From positions 51,472 through 115,471 of the forward strand of contig JBQCEG010000083.1 in the NCBI GenBank assembly GCA_051960475.1: a DNA stretch of 64,000 nt, written 5' to 3'. A model generated the notes under the pieces. That model did not search any database and was not told where the DNA came from. It saw nothing but the letters and a program-made list of their open reading frames with translations. Shown here piece by piece: positions 1 through 8,872 of the stretch. The position numbers were made by a program, and so were the translations under genes. Within the stretch, counting starts at the first letter, position 1, and each line of letters opens with the position of its first letter. The stretch comes from Ginsengibacter sp. GTDB taxonomy: Bacteria > Bacteroidota > Bacteroidia > Chitinophagales > Chitinophagaceae.

Positions 1-1086
1 AACAGTTGTTAAACCAGCAACCGTTGCTGATCCGATACAAACACGAATGATCGCTGCTATGAGCCAACCCAGGATCAACGGTGAAAGTTGCATGTCTTTT
101 AATATTTGCCCGATATAAACACTGATACCTCCGTCGCTCATGATTTGCATAAAAACGCCGGAACCTGCGATGATCAAAAGGATTACCGATATACTTTTAA
201 AAGCTTCATCCAGTTGTTTCATAATAAAAGGAATCTTATTTCCTCTTTTCATACCTAAGAAATAAACAGCATTTAAAACAGAAAGTAGCATGGCAATATT
301 CGGATCGCCAATAAATTGCATCACTTTTCCCAAGACACTTGAAGCAGGAACAATATATAAAACCAACGCGGTGATCGTTAATAAAATAACCGGCATTAAG
401 GCTGTAAAAAGACTGATGCCGATTCCAGGCAATTCACTTTCAGGCAAAGAATGAATTTGAAAAATGGTGTTGGCAGGAGAAGGTTTGTATTTTTTCAATG
501 TGGCTGCAAACAAAGGGCCGGCAAGCGTTATAGTCGGAAGTGCGATAATGATTCCATAAATTAAAGTCTTGCTGATGCTTGCGTGGAGTTGCTCTGCAAT
601 AGCTGTTGGCGAAGGATGTGGCGGCAAAAATCCATGCGCCACAGATAAAGCGGCCAACATCGGAACGCCAACATAAAGTAAAGGCAAACCGGTTGTTGAT
701 GCAATTGCAAAAATCAAAGGAACGACAACAATAAATCCTGCTGTATAAAATAAAGGAATCCCAATGATTAGCCCGGCCAAAGCCATTCCCCATTGTATTT
801 TTTTTGTGCCGAAAATTTTAGTTAGTGAAGCAGTGATTTGTTGTGCCGCCCCACTATCGGCAACCAATTTTCCCAGCATCGCACCAAAGCCTAAAATAAT
901 AACCAGCGGACCCAGCGTATTTCCTATTCCTTTGGTGACAGAACCCGAAATTTGCTGGATGTTCATTCCGACGGACACACCCAACAAAATGCTCACGATC
1001 AAAAAAGAAATAAAAGTGTCGAGTTTAAAATAAACAACCAAAAGTATCAGGAACAAAATGGCAAGTATGCAGAGCGCTAAAGGCAT
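1..1086 (-). CDS. GntP-family permease (gluconate:H+ symporter type), 3' end cut by the window edge
   Basis: Absent from the ORF track because it runs off the window. Reverse-strand ATG at 1086 reads MPLALCILA. In the same frame 660..601 reads MLAALSVAHGFLPPHPSPTA (conserved GntP HGFLPPHP motif). Bases 60..1 read IAAIIRVCIGSATVAGLTTV (GSATVA motif). Track ORFs 440..793(-) and 764..1033(+) are off-frame shadows. Confidence 0.8.
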   Translation of the reverse strand, partial: MPLALCILAILFLILLVVYFKLDTFISFLIVSILLGVSVGMNIQQISGSVTKGIGNTLGPLVIILGFGAMLGKLVADSGAAQQITASLTKIFGTKKIQWGMALAGLIIGIPLFYTAGFIVVVPLIFAIASTTGLPLLYVGVPMLAALSVAHGFLPPHPSPTAIAEQLHASISKTLIYGIIIALPTITLAGPLFAATLKKYKPSPANTIFQIHSLPESELPGIGISLFTALMPVILLTITALVLYIVPASSVLGKVMQFIGDPNIAMLLSVLNAVYFLGMKRGNKIPFIMKQLDEAFKSISVILLIIAGSGVFMQIMSDGGISVYIGQILKDMQLSPLILGWLIAAIIRVCIGSATVAGLTTV

Positions 1087-1248
1087 ATTCGAAAATTAAT
1101 CAGCAGGTGACGTTAAAAAATGATTTTAAAGATAAAAGAATTACAAGAAGTTTTGTTTTAAAATTATTTCCAAAGTAAGAGTTGACAAAAAAGGCAGGAG
1201 ATTTGCACTTGTCTTATTGTCAATCTTATTACAGCAAACAAGGAAATA

Positions 1249-1746
1249 ATGAAAAAAATAATTCTATTGGTTCGGCACGCTAAGAGCGGATGGAACGATG
1301 CTTCACTTTCTGATATCGAAAGAAAACTCACAGACCGGGGCAAATCAGACGCAAAGATGATGGCCAAAAGATTGCAAAAAAGAGAAATCGAAATTGATGG
1401 ATTTGTTTCAAGCCCGGCAAAACGCGCAAGCAAGACTGCCAAAATTTTTATGAAAGAATACGACAAGAATAAAAAAAAGCTGCAATTAATTCCTTCCTTG
1501 TATGAAGCTTCCGTCGTTGATTTTTATAATGCTGTTGAATCTTTGGATAATGATTACAAGGCGGTTGCTTTATTCAGCCACAATCCTGGCATAACTGATT
1601 TTGTAAACTCCCTCGATTGTCAGCCTGTTTATGACATGCCGACGTGTGCCGTTTTTGCGCTGGAAGTGAAGCTCAAAAACTGGAAAGATTTTCGCGAAGC
1701 AAAAAAAGAATTTTTGTTTTTCGATTACCCCAAAAATGAAGAATAA
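1249..1746 (+). CDS. SixA-like histidine phosphatase family protein
   Basis: 165 aa. N-terminal LLVRHAKSGW (RH catalytic motif) and a later LFSHNPG second-His motif. Size fits SixA-type phosphohistidine phosphatases. Confidence 0.8.
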   Translation: MKKIILLVRHAKSGWNDASLSDIERKLTDRGKSDAKMMAKRLQKREIEIDGFVSSPAKRASKTAKIFMKEYDKNKKKLQLIPSLYEASVVDFYNAVESLDNDYKAVALFSHNPGITDFVNSLDCQPVYDMPTCAVFALEVKLKNWKDFREAKKEFLFFDYPKNEE

Positions 1747-1749
1747 GAA

Positions 1750-2832
1750 TTATCCTTTTACATCAAGTGCATCTCTTAATCCATTTCCCAAAAGATTAAA
1801 AGCAAGAACCAAAATCATAATTGCAATGCCAGGTGCGAGTGCCAATGCAGGATGATGTGTTATTATAAAATTGTAATTCTCCTTTAGCATTAAACCCCAA
1901 CTCGGAGTGGGTGGCTGTATTCCAACACCGAGGAAACTTAAACCCGCTTCAATAATTATCGCACTTGCAAAATTTGCCGCTGCGATCACGATAACAGGAC
2001 CAAGAACATTTGGCAAAATGTGTCGAACAATGATCCTTATGTTTTTAAGGCCAAGTGCACGCGCTGCTTGTACATATTCCAATTCGCGAAGTGCCAAAAC
2101 CTGTCCACGAACCACGCGCGCAACACCAACCCACATCGTTAATCCAACCGCGATAAATATTTGCCAGAAACCTTTTCCTAAAGTAAGCGTGAGGCCGAAA
2201 ACTAAAAGCAATGTAGGCATACTCCAGATCACATTGATAAACCACATAATTATGTTGTCGGTCCTTCCACCGTAATAGCCGGCGGATGCGCCCAAAATGA
2301 TTCCGATAGAAAGTGAAATAATCACTGCTATCAATCCTACGGCTATGCTTACACGAATACCAACCAACAGGCGACTTAAAATGTCCCGGCCAAAAGTGTC
2401 TGTGCCGAGCCAAAAAGTTTTTGTTTCAATAAAATTCCGGGGAGCCAAATCGCTCTTCGCATACACTTTCTTTTCCTGGATTCCTTCATCAACAAATTTT
2501 TCAACCGAGACGGAATCTTTTTCGATTTTATAACTGTTGATTGGAACATACACATATTTGTCTTCGGCACCGAAAAGTAACTGGTGAAAAAATCCTTTGT
2601 TCGATATTTTCTTTTCTTTTTTTACCAGCAAAAATGTTTGTTTAAATCCAGGTTGCTTTGCCATTATTTCAACTATCTCCCGGTCGGCATTCGGAGAATG
2701 ATCGTTGCCCAGAAAATAAGCAAAAATGCCTATGAGAACAGCAAGGCAAATTACAATTAAACCAAGCATGGCGCCTTTGTTTTTTTTCAAACGTCGCCAT
2801 GCATTTTGAGAAAAAGAATAGGATTTTTGCAT
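1750..2832 (-). CDS. ABC transporter permease, DppC/OppC (peptide/nickel) family
   Basis: 360 aa. N-terminal TM, long periplasmic insert, WLGTDTFGRDILSRLL, and an EAA-loop-like YVQAARALGLKNIRIIVRHILPN. No partner permease, ATPase or binding-protein gene nearby. Confidence 0.85.
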   Translation of the reverse strand: MQKSYSFSQNAWRRLKKNKGAMLGLIVICLAVLIGIFAYFLGNDHSPNADREIVEIMAKQPGFKQTFLLVKKEKKISNKGFFHQLLFGAEDKYVYVPINSYKIEKDSVSVEKFVDEGIQEKKVYAKSDLAPRNFIETKTFWLGTDTFGRDILSRLLVGIRVSIAVGLIAVIISLSIGIILGASAGYYGGRTDNIIMWFINVIWSMPTLLLVFGLTLTLGKGFWQIFIAVGLTMWVGVARVVRGQVLALRELEYVQAARALGLKNIRIIVRHILPNVLGPVIVIAAANFASAIIIEAGLSFLGVGIQPPTPSWGLMLKENYNFIITHHPALALAPGIAIMILVLAFNLLGNGLRDALDVKG

Positions 2833-2917
2833 CGCAATAAAAATAGAAGATTTAAAGCAAAATCAGGGATTGATTTTATTGCAAATTTTTATTTTCTAAA
2901 TTTCATTGTACTTAATT

Positions 2918-4081
2918 TCATTTCACTTTTCTTCCTTTCCATTCATAACTGCCGAATTTTCCAAGCCAACCGGCGATTACCGTATAAATTATATGAAAAG
3001 GTTGTGAAAATAAAAACCAGGGAAGCTGTTGTTGGTTACCAAAAAATCTTGCAACGGGATAGAGAAAAAGTAGCTCAACAAATGTTTTCAACAAAAGAGA
3101 AATGATAAAGAGATAAAATACGTTCAAATTAAATATTGAAACAATCCCAAGCAACAGCAGCCACGCGTTCAGGCAATAAACCAACAATAAAACCAGAATT
3201 ATTTTTTTGTTCGTATAGCTGTTCGTTTTGCTTGCCCAGCGAATCCTTTGATTGAAAAATTCTTTTAAATTTTCCGCAGGTTTTGTGGAAACAATTACTT
3301 CTTTTGATTTCAAGAAAACGGTTTCATTTGGATATTTTTTCTGAATCTTTTGCATCAGCAACATATCGTCGCCGCTCGCCTGTTGATCAATATTTTTGAA
3401 GCCCTCTACTTCAAAAAAAACATTTTTGGTATAGGCAAGGTTGGCACCGTTACACATCGCAAAATTCCTTTTCGAAACGGAAGTTGCCGTAATTCCTTGC
3501 AACGACATAAAATCAAGAGATTGGAATATTTTGAAAAATTTTTTGAAGAAGGAATCAGAATCTTTTGGATTTTCAAATTTTACCGGCATGGCAACAAAAA
3601 CCGGCGATTCTTTTGAATAAAAATTGCCAAGTGTTTCAAGCCATCTCTTTTGCGCGATGCAATCTGCATCAGTAGTTACAATCATTTCTCCTTTGGCAAA
3701 TCCAATCGCAGTTTCAATTGATTTTTTCTTATGGGAATTCAATTCCCCGTCTTCTGCGAAATCGGAAAGATGAAGAACCCTAATTCTTTCATCTTTGAAA
3801 GAATGAATCACTTCAACCGTTTTATCTGTAGAATGATCATCGGTGATAATCAATTCAAATTTTGTCAAAGGATAAGTTTGATTTAAAATGGAACGCACAC
3901 AAGTACCGATATTTATTTCTTCATTTCTCGCCGCGATAATTACCGAAATAAAAGGCAAAGAAACTTGATCCATTTTTTGTAAATACTCAAACTCCGGAAC
4001 TTCCTTCCATGCCTTTTTGTAATACAGGATCAGCCACACATAATTGATTAAAAGAAAGACGGATACCGAAAGGAAAATCAT
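2918..4081 (-). CDS. membrane-bound family-2 glycosyltransferase, processive QxxRW type
   Basis: 387 aa. VIIAARNEE, DDHSTD, TTDADC (DxD) and NQRIRWA (QxxRW) motifs, flanked by TM helices at both ends. Confidence 0.85.
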   Translation of the reverse strand: MIFLSVSVFLLINYVWLILYYKKAWKEVPEFEYLQKMDQVSLPFISVIIAARNEEINIGTCVRSILNQTYPLTKFELIITDDHSTDKTVEVIHSFKDERIRVLHLSDFAEDGELNSHKKKSIETAIGFAKGEMIVTTDADCIAQKRWLETLGNFYSKESPVFVAMPVKFENPKDSDSFFKKFFKIFQSLDFMSLQGITATSVSKRNFAMCNGANLAYTKNVFFEVEGFKNIDQQASGDDMLLMQKIQKKYPNETVFLKSKEVIVSTKPAENLKEFFNQRIRWASKTNSYTNKKIILVLLLVYCLNAWLLLLGIVSIFNLNVFYLFIISLLLKTFVELLFLYPVARFFGNQQQLPWFLFSQPFHIIYTVIAGWLGKFGSYEWKGRKVK

Positions 4082-4160
4082 GCTGCTTTAAATTAAAAAA
4101 GCCACTTTTTAAGTAGAAATAAGGCAGCAAAAATAATTTTTAAATATCAAAAGGAATTAT

Positions 4161-4168
4161 TAGATTTG
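4161..4168 (+). promoter_or_regulatory. Bacteroidota-type -7 promoter box TAGATTTG (TAnnTTTG) for marR
   Basis: Exact match to the TAnnTTTG consensus, 21 nt upstream of ATG 4190. Confidence 0.45.
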
Positions 4169-4190
4169 TATAGTTGCATAAACAACTATA
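4169..4190. promoter_or_regulatory. perfect inverted repeat TATAGTTG-N6-CAACTATA, putative MarR autoregulatory operator
   Basis: Arms at 4169..4176 and 4183..4190 are exact reverse complements. The repeat sits between the -7 box and the marR ATG. Confidence 0.5.
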
Positions 4191-4630
4191 TGCTAAACAA
4201 CCAATTCAAAAAAGGCGAATTATACAGTTTCATTACCGGCAAAGCTTCCACGGCAATTGCAAGAAGATTGCAAAAAAATTTTAAGGAAGCCGGTATTGAA
4301 ATTACGATTGAGCAGTGGAGTGTCTTGTATCATTTATGGAAAGAAGACGGGCAAAGCCAACAGCAATTGTGCGATGCCACTTTCCGCGACAAGCCAAGCA
4401 TTACGCGCCTCGTTGACAACCTTGAAAAATCGAAACTTGCTAAAAGAGTGGCTTCAAAAAATGATCGCAGGAGTAACCTGATCTTTCTTACCAAAGAAGC
4501 AAAAAACCTGGAACAAAATACAATGGATGTAGCCAACCGCACTTTGAATGAAGCGCTGGAAGGCGTTACCAACGGGCAAATTGAAATTGCAAAAGAAGTG
4601 CTTCAAAAAGTTTATGACAATTTAAAATGA
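4190..4630 (+). CDS. MarR family transcriptional regulator
   Basis: The track ORF starts at TTG 4166, which lies inside the -7 box, so the first ATG at 4190 is preferred. Winged-helix region QQLCDATFRDKPSITRLVDNLEKSKLAKRVASKNDRRSNLIFLT. The stop overlaps the next start (ATGA 4627..4630). Confidence 0.85.
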   Translation: MLNNQFKKGELYSFITGKASTAIARRLQKNFKEAGIEITIEQWSVLYHLWKEDGQSQQQLCDATFRDKPSITRLVDNLEKSKLAKRVASKNDRRSNLIFLTKEAKNLEQNTMDVANRTLNEALEGVTNGQIEIAKEVLQKVYDNLK

Positions 4631-6426
4631 ATTTTATGAATACTACAGAAACCAAAATGTCAACAAAAGGAAGCGAATGGCTTATTAAAGAAAGCGACGC
4701 CGCTGACGTTTTTTCGCCTGAAGATTTTAACGAGGAGCAATTAATGATCCTTGATATGTGCCACCAGTTTTTAAAAACAGAGATCTATCCAAATCTTGAT
4801 CGCATTGATAATCTGGAACCGGGCCTGATGCCATCACTCATGGAAAAGGCAGGCGAACTGGGATTGCTCAGCGCTTCTGTTCCGGAGGACCTGGGTGGAC
4901 TTGGAAAAGATTTTGTAACCTCCACTTTGGTGAGCGAAGGTTTGGGTGGCGGTTATTCATTTAGCGTTGCAATGAGTGCCCACGCCGGAATTGGTACACT
5001 TCCCATTCTTTACTTTGGAACAGAAGAACAAAAGAAAAAATACATTCCCAAACTTGCTTCAGGAGAATGGAAGGGTTCTTATGGATTGACAGAACCCGGA
5101 AGCGGAAGTGACGCGCTTGGCGCAAAAACAACGGCGACTCTTTCTGAAGATGGGAAATATTATTTACTGAATGGACAAAAGATCTGGATCACGAACGGAG
5201 GCTTTGCAGATGTTTATACCGTTTTTGCAAAAATTGATGGAGAAAAATTCACCGCCTTTATCGTGGAACGCGGTTTTGAAGGTTTTACCCGCGGAGCAGA
5301 GGAACATAAAATGGGCATCAAAGGTTCCTCAACTGTTCAGCTTTATTTCCAGGATTGTAAAGTGCCGGTGGAAAATGTTTTGGGCGAAATTGGAAGAGGT
5401 CACATCATCGCATTTAATATTTTAAATATTGGGCGGTTAAAATTAGCGGCAGCCGCAATGGGAGGCGCCAAACTGGCGATCAGCAATGCAATTGAATACG
5501 CCAAAACACGGGAACAATTTAAAACGGCAATAGCCAATTTTGGTGCCATCAAACATAAGTTGGCAGAAATGGCCATCAAAACTTTTGCTGATGAAAGTGC
5601 ACTTTACCGCACTGCCAAATGGATTGATGAAAAAGAAGCAGAATTGTTAGCCGAAGGTAAACCCTTTAATGAAGCACTTCTCGGAGCTGCTGAAGAATTT
5701 GCAATTGAATGCGCCATCTTAAAAGTGCATGGAAGCGAAGTTTTGGATTTCGTTGTTGACGAAGGTGTGCAAATACATGGCGGTGTTGGCTTTAGTGATG
5801 AATACAATATCAGCCGCGCTTATCGCGACAGCCGCGTAAACCGTATTTACGAAGGCACAAATGAAATCAACCGTTTACTCACAGTTGATATTATGCTGAA
5901 AAGAGCAATGAAAGGAAAACTGGATTTGATGGGTCCGGCAATGAATGTACAAAAAGAACTGATGAGCATTCCTGATTTTGGAAATGATGAGGAAGGTGCT
6001 TTTTCAAAAGAGAAAAAAATAATTGCCAACCTGAAGAAATCCATTTTGATGGTGGCCGGGGCCGCTGCCCAAAAGTTGATGAATGAACTCAGCAAGGAGG
6101 AAGAAATAGTAATGAATATTGCCGACATGGTGATCGAGACTTTTGTTTCGGAAAGCACTTTGCTTCGGGTTATTAAGCTGGCAGACAAGAACGGCGAAGA
6201 AAATTCAAAAGAACAAATTGCCATAATGAGGTGTTACCTGAATGATGCGGTTGATAAAATTGCGAAAGCGGGTAAAGAAGCAATCAATTCTTTTGCTACC
6301 GGTGATGAACAAAAAATGATGTTGCTGGGATTAAAACGTTTCACAAAAACAGAACCTTTTAATGCAAAAGATGCAAGAAGACAAATTGCAGATAAACTGA
6401 TCGCAGAAGGAAAATATTGTTTTTAA
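4627..6426 (+). CDS. acyl-CoA dehydrogenase (long, about 600-aa form)
   Basis: YGLTEPGSGSDA, IHGGVGF and RIYEGTNEINRL motifs, plus a C-terminal helical extension. Confidence 0.9.
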   Translation: MNFMNTTETKMSTKGSEWLIKESDAADVFSPEDFNEEQLMILDMCHQFLKTEIYPNLDRIDNLEPGLMPSLMEKAGELGLLSASVPEDLGGLGKDFVTSTLVSEGLGGGYSFSVAMSAHAGIGTLPILYFGTEEQKKKYIPKLASGEWKGSYGLTEPGSGSDALGAKTTATLSEDGKYYLLNGQKIWITNGGFADVYTVFAKIDGEKFTAFIVERGFEGFTRGAEEHKMGIKGSSTVQLYFQDCKVPVENVLGEIGRGHIIAFNILNIGRLKLAAAAMGGAKLAISNAIEYAKTREQFKTAIANFGAIKHKLAEMAIKTFADESALYRTAKWIDEKEAELLAEGKPFNEALLGAAEEFAIECAILKVHGSEVLDFVVDEGVQIHGGVGFSDEYNISRAYRDSRVNRIYEGTNEINRLLTVDIMLKRAMKGKLDLMGPAMNVQKELMSIPDFGNDEEGAFSKEKKIIANLKKSILMVAGAAAQKLMNELSKEEEIVMNIADMVIETFVSESTLLRVIKLADKNGEENSKEQIAIMRCYLNDAVDKIAKAGKEAINSFATGDEQKMMLLGLKRFTKTEPFNAKDARRQIADKLIAEGKYCF

Positions 6427-6514
6427 TAAACCGGCAAACAGCAAACAAACAAAAGATGTCAAATTTTATTTTTCATATAAAGGCAAGACACTTTAAGATT
6501 GTTTTAATTGTCAT

Positions 6515-7864
6515 TTGAAAAAGAGATTTAGAGAAAAAAAGTATATTTATCCTTCACTCAAAAAATTTTCAATTATCAATAATCCATCCACCATACAAAA
6601 GAAAAAAGGAAACCTTAGCCGGCTCGCCAACACACTAATCGGAAGTGAAATAGTACGTCTGGGAGGAGAAATCAAGGAAAAAATAAAGCAGGGAGAAAAA
6701 ATTTACAACTTTACGATTGGCGATTTCGATTCATCTATTTTTCCAATTCCACAAAAACTGGAGCAGGAAATAATTTCTGCTTACCAAAATAAAAACACTA
6801 CTTATCCGCCGGCAGATGGTATTTTGAAACTAAGAGAATCTGTGGCAAAATTTATTAAAGAAAGAGAAGGATTAGATTTCAACACCAACGAAATTCTGGT
6901 CGCTGCGGGCGGACGTCCTTTAATTTATGCCTTGTACAGGGCAATTGTTGACAAGGATGATAAAGTAATTTATGCCGTTCCAAGCTGGAACAACAATCAT
7001 TATGTTCATTTTACAGAAGGAATTCATGAAGTAATTGAAACGACAGCTGAAAACAATTTTATGCCTACGGCAGAAGACCTTCGGCCTCACATTAAAGATG
7101 CCGTTTTGATTGCATTGTGTTCGCCCCTAAACCCAACGGGGACTGTTTTCAAAAAAGAAGAGCTGGAAAAGATCTGTGACATGGTAATTGAAGAAAACAA
7201 ACGCCGGGGAGAAGATGAAAAGAAATTGTATGTGATGTATGACCAAATGTATTGGTTACTCACTTATGGTGAAACCAAACATTTTACTCCTGTTGGTCTT
7301 CGGCCTGAAATGAAAGAATACACAATTTTTATCGACGGCATCAGCAAAGTGTTTGCCGCCACCGGGGTTAGAGTAGGATGGGCATTGGGACCTGAAAAAG
7401 TGCTGTCAAAGATGAAAGCGATCAACAGTCATGTAGGCGCGTGGAGCCCGATGGCCGAACAAAATGCTACCGCATCTTTTCTACTTCAAAAGGAGGAAAT
7501 CGACAAATACCTTTCAACATTCAAAAATGAATTGAACGAAAGATTGCAAAGGATTTACGAAGGTTTTCAAAAATTAAAAACAGACGGTTTTGCTGTTGAC
7601 GCATGTGCGCCACAAGCTGCCATTTACCTCACTATTCAGTTGGATCTTGCAGGCAAGAAAACAAAAGAGGGAAAAACATTAGCATCACAATCTGATGTTA
7701 CAACGTACATTTTAGATGAAGCAAAACTGGCTGTAGTTCCCTTTTATGCCTTTGGCGCTCCACAAGATTCAAGCTGGTATCGCCTGAGTGTTGGCACCTG
7801 CAAAAAAGAAGAAATCCCGGCCATGTTCAGCCAGCTTCGAAAAGCACTTGAAAATTTACAATAG
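6515..7864 (+). CDS. class I/II PLP-dependent aminotransferase (aspartate aminotransferase-like)
   Basis: SPLNPTG and SKVFAATGVRVGW (PLP lysine) motifs. TTG 6515 is the only canonical in-frame start upstream of the conserved core, so the N-terminus is uncertain. Confidence 0.8.
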   Translation: MKKRFREKKYIYPSLKKFSIINNPSTIQKKKGNLSRLANTLIGSEIVRLGGEIKEKIKQGEKIYNFTIGDFDSSIFPIPQKLEQEIISAYQNKNTTYPPADGILKLRESVAKFIKEREGLDFNTNEILVAAGGRPLIYALYRAIVDKDDKVIYAVPSWNNNHYVHFTEGIHEVIETTAENNFMPTAEDLRPHIKDAVLIALCSPLNPTGTVFKKEELEKICDMVIEENKRRGEDEKKLYVMYDQMYWLLTYGETKHFTPVGLRPEMKEYTIFIDGISKVFAATGVRVGWALGPEKVLSKMKAINSHVGAWSPMAEQNATASFLLQKEEIDKYLSTFKNELNERLQRIYEGFQKLKTDGFAVDACAPQAAIYLTIQLDLAGKKTKEGKTLASQSDVTTYILDEAKLAVVPFYAFGAPQDSSWYRLSVGTCKKEEIPAMFSQLRKALENLQ

Positions 7865-8845
7865 ATTGTTTTCAATCAAATATTCGGCAATCTGAACTGC
7901 ATTAGTAGCAGCACCTTTGCGAAGATTATCACTAACAATCCAGCAATTCAAAGTGTTTGCCTGGCTTTCGTCCCTGCGAATCCTTCCGACAAAAGTTTCG
8001 TCTTTTTCGTGCGCTGTTAACGGCATTGGATACACGAAATTTTCAACATCATCCTGTACTACCACTCCCGGTGTTTTTGATAAAATTTCTCTTACCTCTT
8101 CCAGGTCGAAATCATTTTCAAATTCAATATTGACACTCTCGCTGTGGCCGCCAACAACCGGAATACGAACGCAAGTTGCGGTCAATTCGATATTTTGATC
8201 GCCAATGATCTTTCTTGTTTCGTTAACCATTTTCATTTCTTCTTTGGTATAACCATTGTCAAGAAAAACATCAATGTGCGGAAGTGCATTTTTATCAATT
8301 TGATATTTGTAAGCCATTTCGCCTTTCACACCATTTCTTTCGTTTTCAAGCTGCTGCACTGCTTTTACGCCGGTTCCGGTCACGCTTTGGTATGTTGAAA
8401 CCACCACTCTTTTGATCTTGTATTTTTTATGAAGTGGATTTAAAACCAGCACCATTTGAATGGTTGAACAATTAGGATTAGCAATTATTTTATCGTCTTT
8501 AGTCAACACATTCGCGTTTACTTCAGGAACCACCAGCTTTTTGGAAGGATCCATGCGCCATGCAGAAGAATTATCAATAACCGTAACACCAGTCTCTGCA
8601 AATTTCGGAGCCAATGCCAATGAAGTGCTTCCCCCAGCTGAAAATAAAGCGATTTGAGGTTTGGCAGCGATTGCTTCTTCTGCAGAAACGACCTTATACT
8701 TTTTATTTTTAAATGTTATTTCTTTTCCAACAGATTTTTCAGAAGCTACAGGAATCAATTCTGTAACCGGAAAATTTCTTTCTTCGAGCACTTGTAACAT
8801 TTTACTTCCTACAAGCCCGGTTGCGCCCACCACTGCGATTTTCAT
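7856..8845 (-). CDS. asd: aspartate-semialdehyde dehydrogenase
   Basis: MKIAVVGATGLVGS NAD(P) fold, ANPNCSTIQM active-site Cys, GGHSESV. 329 aa. Confidence 0.92.
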   Translation of the reverse strand: MKIAVVGATGLVGSKMLQVLEERNFPVTELIPVASEKSVGKEITFKNKKYKVVSAEEAIAAKPQIALFSAGGSTSLALAPKFAETGVTVIDNSSAWRMDPSKKLVVPEVNANVLTKDDKIIANPNCSTIQMVLVLNPLHKKYKIKRVVVSTYQSVTGTGVKAVQQLENERNGVKGEMAYKYQIDKNALPHIDVFLDNGYTKEEMKMVNETRKIIGDQNIELTATCVRIPVVGGHSESVNIEFENDFDLEEVREILSKTPGVVVQDDVENFVYPMPLTAHEKDETFVGRIRRDESQANTLNCWIVSDNLRKGAATNAVQIAEYLIENNLL

Positions 8846-8862
8846 TTTTTAAACGTATTTTA

Positions 8863-8870
8863 TAAATTTG
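8863..8870 (+). promoter_or_regulatory. -7 promoter box TAAATTTG
   Basis: TAnnTTTG match only 2 nt before ATG 8873. This argues that translation of the downstream gene starts later, at in-frame TTG 8921. Confidence 0.35.
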
Positions 8871-8872
8871 GA

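Noticed and set aside
1907-2413. Track ORFs antisense or off-frame to strongly supported genes. Examples: 1907..2275(+), 2045..2413(-), 5847..6224(-), 14284..14652(-), 17020..17445(+), 21324..21728(-), 35045..35503(-), 42715..43074(-), 43869..44237(-), 56947..57330(+), 62567..62968(-).
   Set aside because: Each lies entirely within a CDS that has clear family motifs in another frame. Their translations are low-complexity or Cys/Phe/Ile-rich shadow sequence with no recognisable motifs.
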